A stretch of DNA of 64,000 bases from the human T2T-CHM13v2.0 reference genome, Homo sapiens. A model generated the notes under the pieces. That model was not told the DNA's origin and ran no database searches. It was given only the letters and a program-made list of their open reading frames with translations. Positions 13,480 through 27,929 of this stretch are shown one piece after another; position 1 is the first letter of the stretch; every line of letters begins with the position of its first letter. The stretch lies in the NCBI RefSeq assembly GCF_009914755.1, contig NC_060929.1. One strand, written 5' to 3'. The position numbers and the translations under genes were made by a program.

Positions 13480-13680
13480 AATCAACCTAGGTGCCCATCA
13501 ACAGTGGATTAGATAAAAAACATGTGATACATACATAAAATGGAATACTATGCAGCCATACAAAATGCTAAATCATGTCCTTTGCGGCAACATGGATGTA
13601 GCTCTCCAGCTTAGCAGGCCATCATCCTAAGCTAATTCACATAGGAACAGAAAACCAATACCACGTGTTCTCACTTATAA
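13480..13680 (+). mobile_element. Short LINE-1 (L1PB/MA-type) ORF2-end fragment
   Basis: AATCAACCTAGGTGCCCATCAACAGTGGATT...GGAATACTATGCAGCCATA...GTTCTCACTTATAA. Confidence 0.85.
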
Positions 13681-13692
13681 TCACTGTGATTA

Positions 13693-14080
<388 letters not shown>

Positions 14081-14149
14081 TTACTTACATCAGTTAAATT
14101 TGCTCAGGTCACTTAGTGAATGAGCAGAGACTGAAATTATTTCATCTTT

Positions 14150-14836
14150 TTATTGAGTACACAGCTAGTCTATTTGTATGGCCATGTGACTGAATTTGGC
14201 TGATGGAAGATAAATGCATGTGATATATGCAACATTCAGGCTTGGCTCACTAAAACCTCCCACCTAATTCCATGTTTTCTTTGCTTTGTGTCTTCCAGCT
14301 ACCAGAAGACTCTGATGTAGGGGATGACAGAGCCAACAGATGCCTCCCTCAACCTAGTGATTTACATCCATCACATAATCAAGAAATAAGCTGTATTAGT
14401 CCATTTTCACACTGCTATAAGAACTACCTGGGACTGGGTAATTTATAAAGAGAAGAGGTTTAATTGACTCACAGTTCTGCATGGCTGGGGAGGCCTCAGG
14501 AAACTTACAATCATGGCAGAAGGAGAAGCAGGCACATCTTACATGGTGGCAGGCAAGAGAAAGCAAGCAAGAGCAGAGAAAACCGCTTTATAAAACCATC
14601 AGATCTCATGATAACTCACTCACCATCACAAGAACAGCATGGGAAAAGCCACCACCATGATCCAGCCACTTCCCACCTGGTCCCTCCCTTGACACGTGGA
14701 GATTATGGGGATCATAATTTGAGATGAGATTTGGGTAGGGACACAGAGTTAAATCATATCACAAGCTTTTGTTGTATTAAGTAACTGAAATTTTAGGATT
14801 TTCTATTTATATCACTTACCCTACCTTGATTAATAT
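14150..14836 (+). mobile_element. Old MLT1 (J/I-like) LTR interrupted by THE1D
   Basis: GGCCATGTGACTGAATTTGGCTGATGGAA...; AAGAAATAAGC resumes as TTTTGTTGTATTAAG after the insertion. Confidence 0.6.
14392..14761 (-). mobile_element. THE1D/MSTA-type MaLR solo LTR
   Basis: TGTATTAGTCCATTTTCACACTGCTATAAG...AAATCATATCA; TSD TAAGC/CAAGC. Confidence 0.92.
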
Positions 14837-15648
14837 AGTCAATTTTGCATCACTTAAGAATCATAAGCTTTTACCTACTCTGATTTACAAACAAATCTTG
14901 GTAAATCAATATGTATTAATGTGCTATTTTACATACAAGATTGATCAAATTTACACATTTAATAAATGCCAGGTTCAAAATTTGTACCCAAGTTTTTCTG
15001 ATTCCAAATCCCCACATTCTTTTTACTGCCCCACATCACACAACTCCCATACTTATTTCAATGGAAGAAGAATTGAAAAGTGAGTTAAGTGTTGATTTTT
15101 GCCAAACTAAGATAACTAGAAAGATTTTCTAGTTTTCAGCATTAAGCTCTGAATAATAAGCCACCTAAAAATAAAATGCAATCTTTAACAGAGCTGCACA
15201 TCTGTGAATTAAAAGCACCAATTTTTCTATTCTCTTCACATTAACACAATTCAGTATTTATAGTCTCATATTTGGTTTACTTCTATCATATAAAACCAGA
15301 TAATAGCCAGTAATGAAACGTCATTTTCATAGCTCTGAAGCAAACAGCAAATATCTCTATTTTCAATATTTTATGCTTATGATATTTAGCAGAGGCTATT
15401 TCATTCATTAAAGGGTACTCATGTATTAACATAAAACAAAGTAAGGAGTACCACTCTCTCTTTCCATGTAGATGCAATATAGCAAATCCATTAAAATGAG
15501 TGATTTTTCTCCTTTAGCTTCTTATGAACATTTTATAGTCATTAGCACATACTCTGAGTGCATTGAATATTCTCTTCAATACATCTCTTTTCCTTGAGGT
15601 ATACTATATTATTAAGAATGGTAAAACATCTTTTTTTCTGTTCTCTTC

Positions 15649-16885
15649 TTTTTTAAAAAAATTTTTTAAATTATACTTTAAGTTCTTGGATACATGTGCA
15701 GAACGCGCAGGTTTGTTACATAGGTATACACGTGCCGTGGTGGTTTGCTGCACCCATTAACCTGTCATCTACATTAAGTATTTCTCCTAGTGCTATCCTT
15801 CCCCTAGGCCCCACGCCCTAACAGGCCCTGGTGTTTGATGTTCCCCTCCCTGTGTCCATGTGTTCTCATTGTTCAACTCCCACTTATGAGTGAGAACATG
15901 CAGTGTTTGGTTTTCTGTTCTTGTGTTAGTTTGCTGAGAATGATGGTTTCCAGTTTCATCCATGCCCCTGCAAAGGACATGAACTCATCCTCTTTTATGG
16001 CTGCATAGTATTCCATGGTGTATATGTTCCATATTTCTTTTATCCAGTCTATCATTGATGCACATTTGAGATGGTTCCAAGTCTTTGGTATTGTGAACAG
16101 TGCTGCAGTAAACATATGTGTCCATGTGTCTTTATAGTAGAATGATTTATAATCCCTTAGGTATGTACCCAGTAATGGGATTGCTGGGTTAAATGGTATT
16201 TCCAGTTCTAGATCCCTGAGGAATTGCCACACTGTCTTCCACAATGGCTGAACTAATGTACACTCCCACCGACAGTGTAAAAGCATTGCTATTTCTCCAC
16301 ATTCTCTCCAGCATCTGTTGTTTTCTGACTTTTTAATGATCACCATTTTAACTGGCATGAGATGGTATCTTATCGTAGTTTAGATTTGCATTTCTGTAAT
16401 GACCAGTGATGATGAGCTTTTTTCATATATATGTTGGCCGCATGAATGTCTTCTTTTGAGAACTGTCTGTTTATATCTTTCGCCCACTTTTTTATGGGGT
16501 TGTTTTTTTTCTTGTAAATGTGTTTAAGTTCTTTGTAGATTCTGGATATTAGCCCTTTGTCAGATGGATAGATTGCACAAATTTTCTCCCATTCTGTAGG
16601 TTGCCTGTTCACTCTGATGATAGTTTCTTCTGCTGTGGAGAAGCTCTTTAGTTTACTTAGATCTAATTTGTCAATTTTGGCTTTTGTTGCCATTGCTTTT
16701 GGTGTTTTAGTCATGAAGGCTTTGCTCATGCCTATGTCCTGAATGGTATTGCTTAGGTTTTCTTCTGGGGTTTTTATGGTTTTAGGTCTTATTTTTAAGT
16801 CTTTAATCCATCTTGAGTTAATTTTTGTATATGGTGTAAAAAAGGGGTCCGGTTTCTGTTTTCTGCATATGGCCAGTCAGTTTTC
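15649..16885 (-). mobile_element. L1PA (L1PA7/8-like), 5'-truncated
   Basis: Poly-T then L1PA 3' UTR; ORF2 C-terminus ...[18 protein letters not shown]...HCMFSLISGS; TTTTCTGTT present on both flanks. Confidence 0.95.
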
Positions 16886-19766
16886 TGTTATTTGCCTTTT
16901 TATATATTGTCCAAATTTAAATTAACATGATCAAAAAATGCCCACACTTTGTCCAGAGAGATGGCTATCTCACACAATCCAGAGAGAACATGAAATGATT
17001 ACAATTCTCAGGAGTATGTTTTATCCATTTGGATTTACTGCTTTAAAATATGCATATTTTGGTTGCATCAACTCTGTTTCTAAAATTTATTCTAAGAAAA
17101 TGATAATCTATATACCCAGTGATTTAGCCTCAATTTTATTCATTGCAGCAATTATGTTTTTGTTACATATAACCCTCTTGGTCATTTAAAAGGAACCTAA
17201 AAGACAACATAATAACTAAACATATGTAAACTTTATTTGTAGGACGTGAACTGTATGTTTTATTTTCTTCATTTATATTCCTTCATTGGGGATATAACTT
17301 GAATTTTGCCATAGTTTAGACAATCTAGAATTACTTAAATAAAACAAGGACTACTATACTTTCCTCTTTGTCTTAATACCCCAATTAAAAACAGAAGAAA
17401 ACATTTTTCAAATTTTTGATATTACATAGTGCACATTCTAAAATTTATTCTAGTTTGAAAAAATGTGCCATTGACCATAGAAGGTATTCAATGATTAAAC
17501 ATATTTCTCTGAAACAGATATCAAGTATGCTAATCTAGTTTAACCTCTTAACCTGCAGAACACCTCTAAATCAGTACTTAATATTGTTCGTAAGGAATAC
17601 TTTTAGGGTGTTCTTAGAAACTTTACTGTCCTCTCAGGTAATGATTGGCCAAAGGGACTTTGAGCTTATGAGGTTAACTTTTGTGGTTGATTGGTTGGGT
17701 ATTTCTAATTTCATTATAAATATGTAGAAATTTTTCTACATAGCAGTGATGGTCATGGCTGCTGAAAATCCTTTATAAAAGATTAATTTTACTCTAACTT
17801 CTAGACTGATGATTACTTTTATTATAAATGCTATATTTAAATGTCAGCTCTTTAAATATGGTGATTAATTTGCTTCCCTAACTATATTGCTCATAATTAA
17901 ATTAACAGGCAAAAAAACCAAACAGAACCTCAATGCCTTGTGCTGAAGTAATTTTAATCTTATTTTCTTGAGACATCAATTAAATAATATTTCCAAAATA
18001 TTATTATCCTATATATTATTATTTATTATTGTTATCCTATATTATCTTATTGTTATTTTTAGTCATAAAATATCAATTATGAGAAAATCTATTCTTAAAA
18101 TATATAAATATATATATTAAGCCTCAATGCTAAGCACTTCCAACTCAAATAAAATATATAACTTCCTAACTGGAATGGCCTTACCTCTTTTTCTCAAACA
18201 CAGTCATTTGGATGGAAATCAGAGGAGAAAGGCTAAGTGCCCAGGGCCCTAGAATCTTTGTATAAGAATGATCATATGCCACACATGGTTCAAATGGAAG
18301 AGATTACATGGCTCAGTTCCTTTCAAGAATGTCAAGTATTTTATTCCAAGTTCACTCTTACAGCAGCTGAATGCAAGATAAACAAGGCCCCTTGCCTATT
18401 GATATATTCTAAGCAAGCAGCAGAGGAGATTAAGCCTGTGTGCTAGCTTTCATGCAAAACACAACCACAGGGCTCCACAAGCCACAAGGAGCCTCAGATG
18501 TAGCCTTTTGCCATTATTACCAAAGGAGTTTTTATCGACATAGTCAGAGACTTGTATATGTATTAAAAGTCTTCATTTGACAAATATAAGTATGTAAAGC
18601 ATATCACAATGTTGTTGGCTACCCTGGTTTGATAGCTCCCCATTTTTAGGATATGAGGAGCTTCAAAGAATAGACATATCTCAAATCTCTCAGGAATTCT
18701 GAGAGGCACTCAGCATACTCATTGGTTTAGAGACAAATCTTGATCAGATTTCATTTTGCATTGTGATTCCTTTTTTAAATTCAGTAAGAATTCTATGAGT
18801 TCTAAGTTTTCAGAGAATTTAGCCGGACTTAGAGCAATCTTCTTATGATTATTAAAGGCTAAATTTAGCTTCTTAATAATCATATATTCTTGAGTTAATT
18901 CCTTTTTCATTGTTAAAAAAGTGATGTAAGTATCTATATATCTCTTACCTCACAGTGTTAGTCTTCAAACAAGCCACTAGACCACCTAAGAAGAAGCATG
19001 TTAAATGCTCTAGCACCACCTGGAGGGTGAAGGGATGTCTGGGTACATTAAAGAGACCAGTTTCATAACCTATTATATTTATGCATAAATGATGCAGTGA
19101 GAGTTCTGTGTACTTGTGCTTACACTGTTCTACAGAATTACAAGAAAGAAATCAAGTGTTCTATGGAAAGTTAAACAAATATAACAAGACTCTATTTGAG
19201 AAACAGTTTGATTCTGGCTGAAGGATAATTGCAGGTTATAGATTACTGAAAGAAATTATTAAACATTTCACCTTTCACTGAAAAGAATGTGGCAACCCCA
19301 AATTAAAAGATGCAGAAACCTGAGTAATAAACTGGATGGTATTACCTAACTGGCTAGAAAATTGTCACTGTCGGTGGATAGGAGAGTGATGTATTGTTCT
19401 TTGTGTTTTTGGTCAGGTTCAGCCACAGGGAGTTTATGAAAGGAACTACCATGAAAGGAACTCTTCTGACTTAAATTGAAGACAGAGGACAGGAACCATT
19501 ATACTTTGGCAGTCATTAGAGACCTAAGGTGGTCAGTCTTCCTTGTCAAATAAACAATCAATGAGCTAACTTCCTCACAAACATCTAGTGCTTTAGTTTA
19601 TTTATAGGTAGTGAAACATGTTTTTTATAGTCCTAAAACAGACTTCACCCTAGTTCAATTCTGTGCTAATCAAATATATTAATAAACTTACTATACACAA
19701 TTGTAGAGAGAAAATGTCTATGGCATTATAAATAAATTGTCACATATTTTTAATACCTATGCATAG

Positions 19767-20165
19767 TGTATTAGTTCATTTTCACATTGCTATAAAGACC
19801 TACCTGAGACTGCGTAATTTATGAAGAAAAGCGTATTAATTGGCTCACAGTTCCACAGGTTGTACAGGAAGCATGGCTGGAGAGGACTCAGGAAACTTAC
19901 AACCACAGCGCAAGGCAAATGGAAAGCCAGCGTGTCCTAAACGGTTGGAGCAGGAGGAAGACAGAGAGTAAAGAGGGAGATGCCACACACTTTTAAACAA
20001 CCAGATCTTGTGAGAACTCTATCACAAGATAGGACTAGGGAGTGGTGTTAAACCATCAGAAATCACCCCCATGATCCAATCACCTCCCACCAGGTCCCAC
20101 CTCCAACACTAGGGATTACAATTCAACATGAGATTTGGGTGGGGACACAGAGCCAAGCCATATCA
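19767..20165 (-). mobile_element. MSTA-type MaLR solo LTR
   Basis: TGTATTAGTTCATTTTCACATTGCTATAAAG...GCCATATCA; TSD CATAG/CGTAG. Confidence 0.92.
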
Positions 20166-20392
20166 CGTAGTATCCTCAATTAAACCAAACAGGGTTGTTC
20201 AATTGTGTCAAAGTCATTGTAGAAATAATAGATTTCCTTAGAAAAAGATTTCCAACTTTCTTGGTACTTCATAAACAAATGAGGATAGCAGTGTGACTTT
20301 CTTAATACTCAGTAACTTGTCAGAAGTTTATCTGAAAAAACAAAGTGCCTCACTCTCTTGAGAAAGCTTTGGAAAGGAAAGGACATGACGCA

Positions 20393-20958
20393 CACTATGG
20401 AAAGGAGTTTGAACATTTCTCAAAGAACTGAAAACAGAACTACCGTTCAATTCAGCAATCCAATTGCAGGCAATATATCCAAAGGAGAATAGACCATTTT
20501 ACCAAAAAGATACATGCACTTTATGTTCATCACAGTGCTATTCACAATATCAAAGATATAGAAACAACCTAGGTGCCTATAATGATGGATTGGACAAAGA
20601 AAATCTGGTATATACACAACATGAAATATTATGTGGCCACAAAAAAGAATGAAATCATGCCTTCTGCAGCAACATGTTTGGAGCTACAGCCCATAATCCT
20701 AAGCAAACTAATGCAGCAACAGAAAACTAAATACCACACATTGTCACTTACTAGTGGGAGCTAAACATTGAGCACACATGGACATAAACATGGGGATAGT
20801 AGACACTGCAGACTACTAGAAGGTGGAGGAGGGGAGGTCAATGGTTGAAAAACTACCTATTGGATATTATGCTCACTATCTGGATGCAATATACCCATGT
20901 AAAAACCTGCACACATACCCCTGTATCTAGACTAAAAGTTGAAGTTTTTTTAAAAAAA
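20393..20958 (+). mobile_element. L1PB-like 3' end
   Basis: ORF2 end (...KTKYHTLSLTSGS), 3' UTR and A-rich tail. Confidence 0.9.
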
Positions 20959-21464
20959 TACCAAACATGATCATGTTGAAAGTAACTATTTTTACCTGTA
21001 TCAAATACATATGGCATTTACTATTTTACTATAGATATGTTCCCATTAATGTACTTTGATCTCCTTTGTAGACAGTATGGTCAGCTCTGATTGAAAGACT
21101 AGAGAGACATAAACAAGAGGCTCTTCAGTCTGACTTATTCAGTGCCAAGCACAATGGCATGAATAAAGCTGTATTGAAAACTTTATTTGGTTATGCCAAA
21201 GAAAATTTAATTATGACAGTGGCAGATGCAGATTTCAATTCCATTTCTGCACTTTTTCTTACAGGGCTTTCTGGCATTTCAAGGTTTTCCCAAGTCTTTC
21301 CTTAATAAAGCTTTAACCGACTTACTCAGTTTCATTCTAAATCTCATTTTCAATATCTGAAAGGCATAAAAGCCTTTTGAAAAGTCAAATATATGTTAGT
21401 TCACAGTAAAATACAACTATTGCAAAAAAATACACTTCTCCTCATTAGGACATAAGTATTTTCA

Positions 21465-21900
21465 TCAAAGAGGAAAATGACTTCAATTTTATTTACAGGT
21501 AGTGAAAATTCCAAGCTAGTAAATGGTAATGCTATAATTGAAACTTGAGCTGGACGTGGTATCTCATGCCTGTAATCCCAGCACTTTGGGAGGCCAAGGC
21601 AGGAGCATCACTTCAGCCCAGGAGTTTGAGACCAGTCTGGGCAACGTAGCGAGACCCCATCTCTACAAAAAATAAAATATTAGCCAGGCATGGCAGCAAG
21701 TGCCTGTAGTTCCAGTTACTCAGGAGACTGAGGCAGGAGGATACCTTGAGCCCAGAAGTTCAAGGCTGCAGCGAGCTGTGGTCATGCCACTGCACTTAGG
21801 CCTGGGTAACAGAGAGAGACCCTGTCTCTACTTAAAAAAAAACATTTTTTAAACCTTGCATATATTAAGCCCCAATGCTAAGCACTTCCAACTCAAATAT
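21465..21900 (-). mobile_element. Degenerate MIR interrupted by AluJ
   Basis: GAGGAAAATGAC...AAGCTAGTAAATGG...AATTGAAACTT, continuing after the Alu. Confidence 0.45.
21547..21842 (+). mobile_element. AluJ
   Basis: J diagnostics GCCCAGGAGTTTGAGACCAG, GAGCCCAGAAGTTCAAGGCTGCAG; flanks AAACTTG/AAACCTTG. Confidence 0.95.
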
Positions 21901-23077
21901 AGTTCCTTTGAATTTTCCAAGAAAAACATAATATTGCATGTTCATGTCTCATTGCATCAGGATGCATCTAGCTCACTTCTTCTTTACATAGAATGAGATG
22001 CTTTGATAGGTAATGGTTTAAGGTACATTTATTACCAGTGGTTAGCTGCAGGAATATAAACTAATGTTAATAACATGAATAAAATATAATTTGGATAGTG
22101 AAGTTATTGTTATTTTTGCACATATGCATACATGTAGCCTTCCATTAGATTGGATAATTGACACTTGATTGTGTAGGCCAGAATCTGGGAATAAAGATTA
22201 TTGATATGATGATGTCTTGGAGGGAGCTTGAGATACAATCTATACAACTCCTTACCTGTAAACATGTCATGCACTGGAAAAACATACATTTTTAGTTCAT
22301 TTTAAAGATCTATTATAATGCATAAATGGTTATAAATTATCTTCTTAAAGTCTTTCTGGAATGGAATTTCTAGAAGCCTCTTCTAAAAGGTTTACACTTT
22401 TGTTTTTCATATCAAATTTTGGTTGCATTAAATAGGATTTTGTCAATGCCCCCGTTTGACCATTGACAAAGGTGAAAAATAAGGCTTTTTAAAAAGATAA
22501 TTTGCACTTCTTATTTAAAATTAGCTCTTTGTTCTAAGAATAGATGTCATTTTAAAAAGAGTGATGTCACTGTCAAAAACCTGGTTCCATAATCCCTTTA
22601 GTATTCCAATTGTCTGTCCTGAATATTCCTTATTCTTATATTTGATACTGTAATCTCTAGTCTGCATATCTTCTTTTGATGAGCTTTTCTTAATGGTGTG
22701 TAGTAATTTTTTAAATTTCTTTTTACTTCCATGTTGCAAATATTTTTCCCAACATTTATTTGTTTTCCATAAGCAGTGTTTGCTTTAATGAGATTATATT
22801 AATTAGACTTTTCCTGAATTACTTCAGGATTTTTTGTTTTGGTGAAGTGGGCTTTCCTGATCACAATCCTACATTAATTTTTTGTGCTTTTGTTTTGATA
22901 TGGCTGTAGTTAGCATTTATTTTGTTTTGGTTTGTTTATGTTTTACATTTAGTTCTTTTATCTAAAATGTATTGTGTGTGGTTTGAAGTAAGAGTCAACT
23001 TTTATTTTTAAAATCCATGGTAACTGTACTAACATTAATGAATACTTTATTTTTTATTTTCTTAAATGCTCCATTTC

Positions 23078-25033
23078 AAGTCAAACTATCTTTGTTTGCA
23101 GATGACATGATCCTATATCTAGAAAACCCCATTGTCTCAGACCAAAAGCTTCTTAAGTTAGTATACAACTTCAGCAAAGTCTCAGGATACAAAATCAGTG
23201 TGCAAAAATTGTTAGCATTTCTATACACCAACAATAGGCAAGCCAAGAGCCAAATCATGAATGAACTCCCATTCACAGTTGCCACAAAAAGAATCAAATA
23301 CCTAGAAATACAGCTAACGAAGTGAAGAACCTCTTCAAGGAGAACTACAAACTACTGCTCAAAGAAATCAGAGATAACGAAAACAAATGGAAAAATATTC
23401 CATGCTCATGGATAGGAAGAATCAATATTGTGAAAATGGCCATACAGCCCAAGGCAATTTATAGATTCAATGCTATTCCCATTAAACTACCACTGACATT
23501 CTTCACAGAATTAGAAAAAGCCATTTTAAAATTCACATGGAACCAAACAAGAGAATGAATAGCCAAGACAATTGGAAGCAAAAAGAACAAAGCTGAAGGC
23601 ATCATGTTACCAGACTTCAAACTGTACAACAGGGCTACCATGACCAAAACAACATGGTACTGGTATAAAAATAGACACATAGACCAATGGAACAGAATAG
23701 AGAGCCCAGAAATAAGACCACACACCTACAGCTATCTGATTTTCAACAAACCTGACAAAAACAAGCAATTGGGAAAGGATTCCCTATTCAATAAATGCTG
23801 CTGGGATAACTGCTTAGCCATATGGAGAAGACTGAATGAAACTGGACTCGTTCCTTACACCACATACAAAAATCAACTCAAGATGGGTTAAAGACTTAAA
23901 TGTAAAACCCAACAACTATAAAAATCCTGAAAGACAACCTAGGCAATACCATTTAGGACATGGGCATGTGCAAAGTTTTCATGACAAAGATGCCAAAAGC
24001 AATTGCAACAAAGGCAAAAATTGACAAATGGGATCTAGTCAAACTAAAGAGCTTCTGCATAGCTAAAAACTATCATCAGAGTGAACAGACAACCTACAGA
24101 ATGGGAGAAAATTTTTGCAATCGATCCATGTGATAAAGTTCTAATATTCATCATATACAAGGAACTTAAACAAATTTACAAGAAAAAAAACATTAAAAAG
24201 TGGGCAAATGATATGAACAGACACTTCTCAAAAGAAGACATACATGTGGCCAAAAAATTATGAAAAAAAGCACATCATCACTGATGATTAGAGAAATGCA
24301 AATAAAAAACACTAAGAGATACCATCTCACAGCAATCAGAATGGTTATCATTAAAAAGTCAAAAAACTACAGATGCTGGAGTGGTTGTGGAGAAAAAGGA
24401 ATGCTTTTACACCTTGGTAGGAGTGTAAATTAGTTTCACGATTGTGGAAGACAATGTGGCAATTCCTCAAAGACCTAGAAACAGAAATACTGTTTGACTC
24501 AGCAATCCCATTACCCAAAGGAATATAAATCATTCTATTATAAAGATACATGTACACGTATGTTCACTGCAACACTTTACAATAGCAAAGACATGATATC
24601 AACCTAAATGCCCATGAATGATAGACTGGATAAAGAAAATATGGTACATATACATCACAGAATACTATGCAGCCATAAAAAAGAATAAGATCAAGTCCTT
24701 TGCAGGGACATGGATGGAGCTAGAGCCCATTATCCTCACCAAACTAACGCAGGATCAGAAAGCCAAACACTGCATGTTCTCACTTATAAGTGGAAGCTGA
24801 ACAATGAGAACACATGGACACACGGCAGGGAACAACAACACACACTGAGGCCTATCTGTGGGTGGTGGGGGAAGAGGGAGACCATCAGGAAGGATAGCTA
24901 ATGCATGCTGGGCTTAATACCTAGGTGATGGCATGATCTATGCAGCAAACCACCATGGCACACGTTTACTTACATAACAAATGTGCACATCCTGCACATG
25001 TACCGCTGAACTTAAAATTAAAATAAATAAAAT
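23078..25033 (+). mobile_element. L1PA (older, L1PA10-13-like), 5'-truncated within RT
   Basis: Starts at the RT motif [13 protein letters not shown]; frameshifted ORF2; 3' UTR and A tail; TSD TAAATGCTCCATTTCA (23063-23078) / TAAATACTCCCTTTCA (25033-25048). Confidence 0.95.
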
Positions 25034-25574
25034 AAATACTCCCTTTCAGGGGTGAAGGATGAATAATTTCTTCACTGCATTGAAATTACAAACTAAACTT
25101 TCATAAAAATGTTATAAATATATTTATATGACATATACTATAATTATATGTATTTATATAATCAAGTATATTTTTTCATTCTATAAAATATGTAATATAT
25201 TATACTTTATATATTTATATTTTATATTTTTCATATATATGAATATTCACATATATCTACTTAGCTTTGTAAACCATTTTATTGATTTATTTCTACGAAC
25301 TTTTACTAATACCACGGTTTCAATTATGTAAATAAAATGGAATTTTAATATTTGACAGGAAAAATAACCCCCCAACTTCAATCCTTTTTACAAAATAATC
25401 TTTTCAATGCTGTGTAAGGTCTGTCAAATGTATGATAGACATGGCTTGTTGAATTTCCATCTTGAATTGTTTTTCCTGATCTTTTTCTTATATATCAGCT
25501 TACAGAGTACTTTGGCATCTCTAAAAATGACTAATGAGGGTTTTGTTAGTATTATTATGGCAGGTAAATAGATA

Positions 25575-25830
25575 TTATAGATGGATATCATAGAGTTATA
25601 ATTCATATGCCATAAAATGCACACTTTCCAAGTGTACAATGTGGTTTTTAATATATCCACAAGGCTGTGCAACCACTGTCACTAATTCAGGAACATTTTC
25701 ATCATCCCCCAAAGAAACTATTAGTGGTTATTTTCCAGTCCCTCATTCCTCCAGCTCTGGAAACCACATATCAATTTTCTGTCTCCATAGATTTGCCTTT
25801 TCTGAACATTTCAAATAAATAGATTCATAT
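25575..25830 (-). mobile_element. L1MB-type 3' end (host of the nested complex, left part)
   Basis: CATATGCCATAAAATGCACAC...GGAACATTTTCATCATCCCC...TAGATTTGCC; continues at 38067. Confidence 0.85.
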
Positions 25831-26433
25831 GGAAGTTTCTAGTTCCAAAATGGTAGCAGATAAGCAAACTAGCTTAACTTCCTCACACTGAAAACCAAAA
25901 ACAAAGATACAGCACTGAGATTACCACCTGTAATGTCCCAGAATTCAAATATGATGATGAAACAGTTCCTGGAGCTACAGGGAATAAAAAAAATCTTCCC
26001 CCAATTTGGTCAGCACCAAGTGTATGGAAAATATTCCCCCAATTCCAGTTTCTACACTGGAAAAAAATGAGATTGAGATGGACAACCAGCTTCTGTACCA
26101 CCTTTGGTTCCCTGGCAGGAGACCTGTCCCTGCCTCAACACACAGGAAGCATGGCAAGTACCTGAAGGGAGAAAAAGCCCTGAGGACAGTCGGAGACAAA
26201 GAAGGGAGGCAGGAGTACTATCCTCAGGCCTGGAAACTCTGCTACGTAATAGAGGATACCAAATCAGAGTGACTTTTTAGCAGCACCACAATGTAAGAGG
26301 TACACTTCACAAGTCCCCCGAGGAATCCCTAGCCAGCCTTCCCACTCTGCCAGGATATCCCTTTTGGGACCTCCCCCATTCAGGAGGGCCAGTACGCCGA
26401 TCCTTTCCTGTAGAAAAGTCAAGCCTGAACGTA

Positions 26434-26450
26434 CAGCGCCGTCTAGTGGC
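26434..26450 (-). promoter_or_regulatory. CTCF-like motif in the L1 5' UTR
   Basis: Minus strand GCCACTAGACGGCGCTG versus core CCASYAGRKGGCRS (one mismatch); motif match only. Confidence 0.5.
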
Positions 26451-27929
26451 AACAGGAGGCAGACACCTAGTGGGAAAAGCAAAAGAAATTCAAGTAAATT
26501 ACAAAGAATCTCTAAGCAACTATATCCAATAAAAAACAAAACAAGCCAGACAAAGAAGACTGGAATAAATCCTCCAAGCAACAATATAGATTTACATACA
26601 CAAAGACAACAGCAACCAGGGAGCCACGACCTCCTTAAATAGACAAGGCAAGGAACCAGTAACCGACCCTAATGAAGTGGTGGTATGTGACCTCTCTGAC
26701 GAATAATTCAAAATAGCAGTGGTAAGGAAAGCCAATAATCCCCAAAATAACACAGAAAAAGCATTGCAGAAGTTTATCAGAGAACCTTAACAAAGAGATT
26801 GAAATAATTTTAAAAAGTAAAACAGAATTCTTGGAACTGAGAAATACACTTACTCAGCTGAAATATTCATTAGAGACTCTCAGCAGCAGAAACAGATTAA
26901 TAGAGGAATGAATTTATCAGCTTGAAGAAGCCTATTTGAAAATATAGTCAGAGAAAAAAAAAGAGAATGGAAAGCAACAAAAATTACCTACAACATATAG
27001 AAGATCACCTCAAAAGACCAAATGTGGGAATTATTGGTATTCAAGAGGAAGTTGACCAAGAGCAAGGAGAAAAAAGCTTATTCAAAGGAATATTAATAGA
27101 AAAGGTTCCAAAACTTGAGAAAGACATAAATATCCAGGTACAGGAAGGCCAGAGAACACCAAACAGATTTGATCCAAATGAGACTACTCTAAGGAATTTA
27201 ATAATCACACTCTCAAAAGTCAAGGGCATAGAGAGGATCTTAAAGGCAACAAGAGAAAAGACAAATAACGTATTTTAAAAAACATGAAAAGTAGCTCCAA
27301 TTCCTCTGACAACAGACTTCTCAACAGAAGCCATACATGCCAGGAGAGAGTGATAACATTTTCAAGGTGCTGAAAGAAAAAAAAAACTGCTATCTAAGAA
27401 TACCATATCCAGAAAAGCTCTCCTTCAAATATGAAGGAGAGAGAAAGTCTTTCCAAGGCAAACAAAAGCTGAGATAATTCACCACCACCAGACTTGTCTT
27501 ACAAGAAATGCTAAAGGGAATTCTTCAACCTGAAAGAAAGAAAATGTTAATTTGCAAAAAGAAAACATTTGAAGGTATAAAACTCAGTGATAAAATTAAA
27601 TACACAGACAAACCCAGAATTCCCTAATACTGTAATTGCGGTTTGCAATCCACTCATAATTGTACTATGACACATAAAAGACAAATCTCTCAAAAACAAT
27701 AGCAATAGCAACCTCTTAAGAGATAGTAAAAATATATAAATTGAGACAACCAAAAGTCAAATTGTAGGAAAAATAGAGTTAAAGTGTAGAGGTATTTTTA
27801 AGTTATTTTGTTTTATTCTTTTTTCTCATCAAAGATAAGCTGTCATCTCTTTGAAATGACTTTTTATATCTATAAGATGTATTCTGTAAGCCTCGTGGTA
27901 ACCACAATACAAAAACCAACAATATGCAT

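Noticed and set aside
15873-16729. 161-aa and 119-aa ORFs
   Set aside because: Frameshifted L1 ORF2p C-terminus of a truncated L1PA; not a host gene.
23017-24800. Chain of ORFs with the RT motif FADD
   Set aside because: Decayed 5'-truncated L1 with stops and frameshifts; not a novel reverse-transcriptase system.
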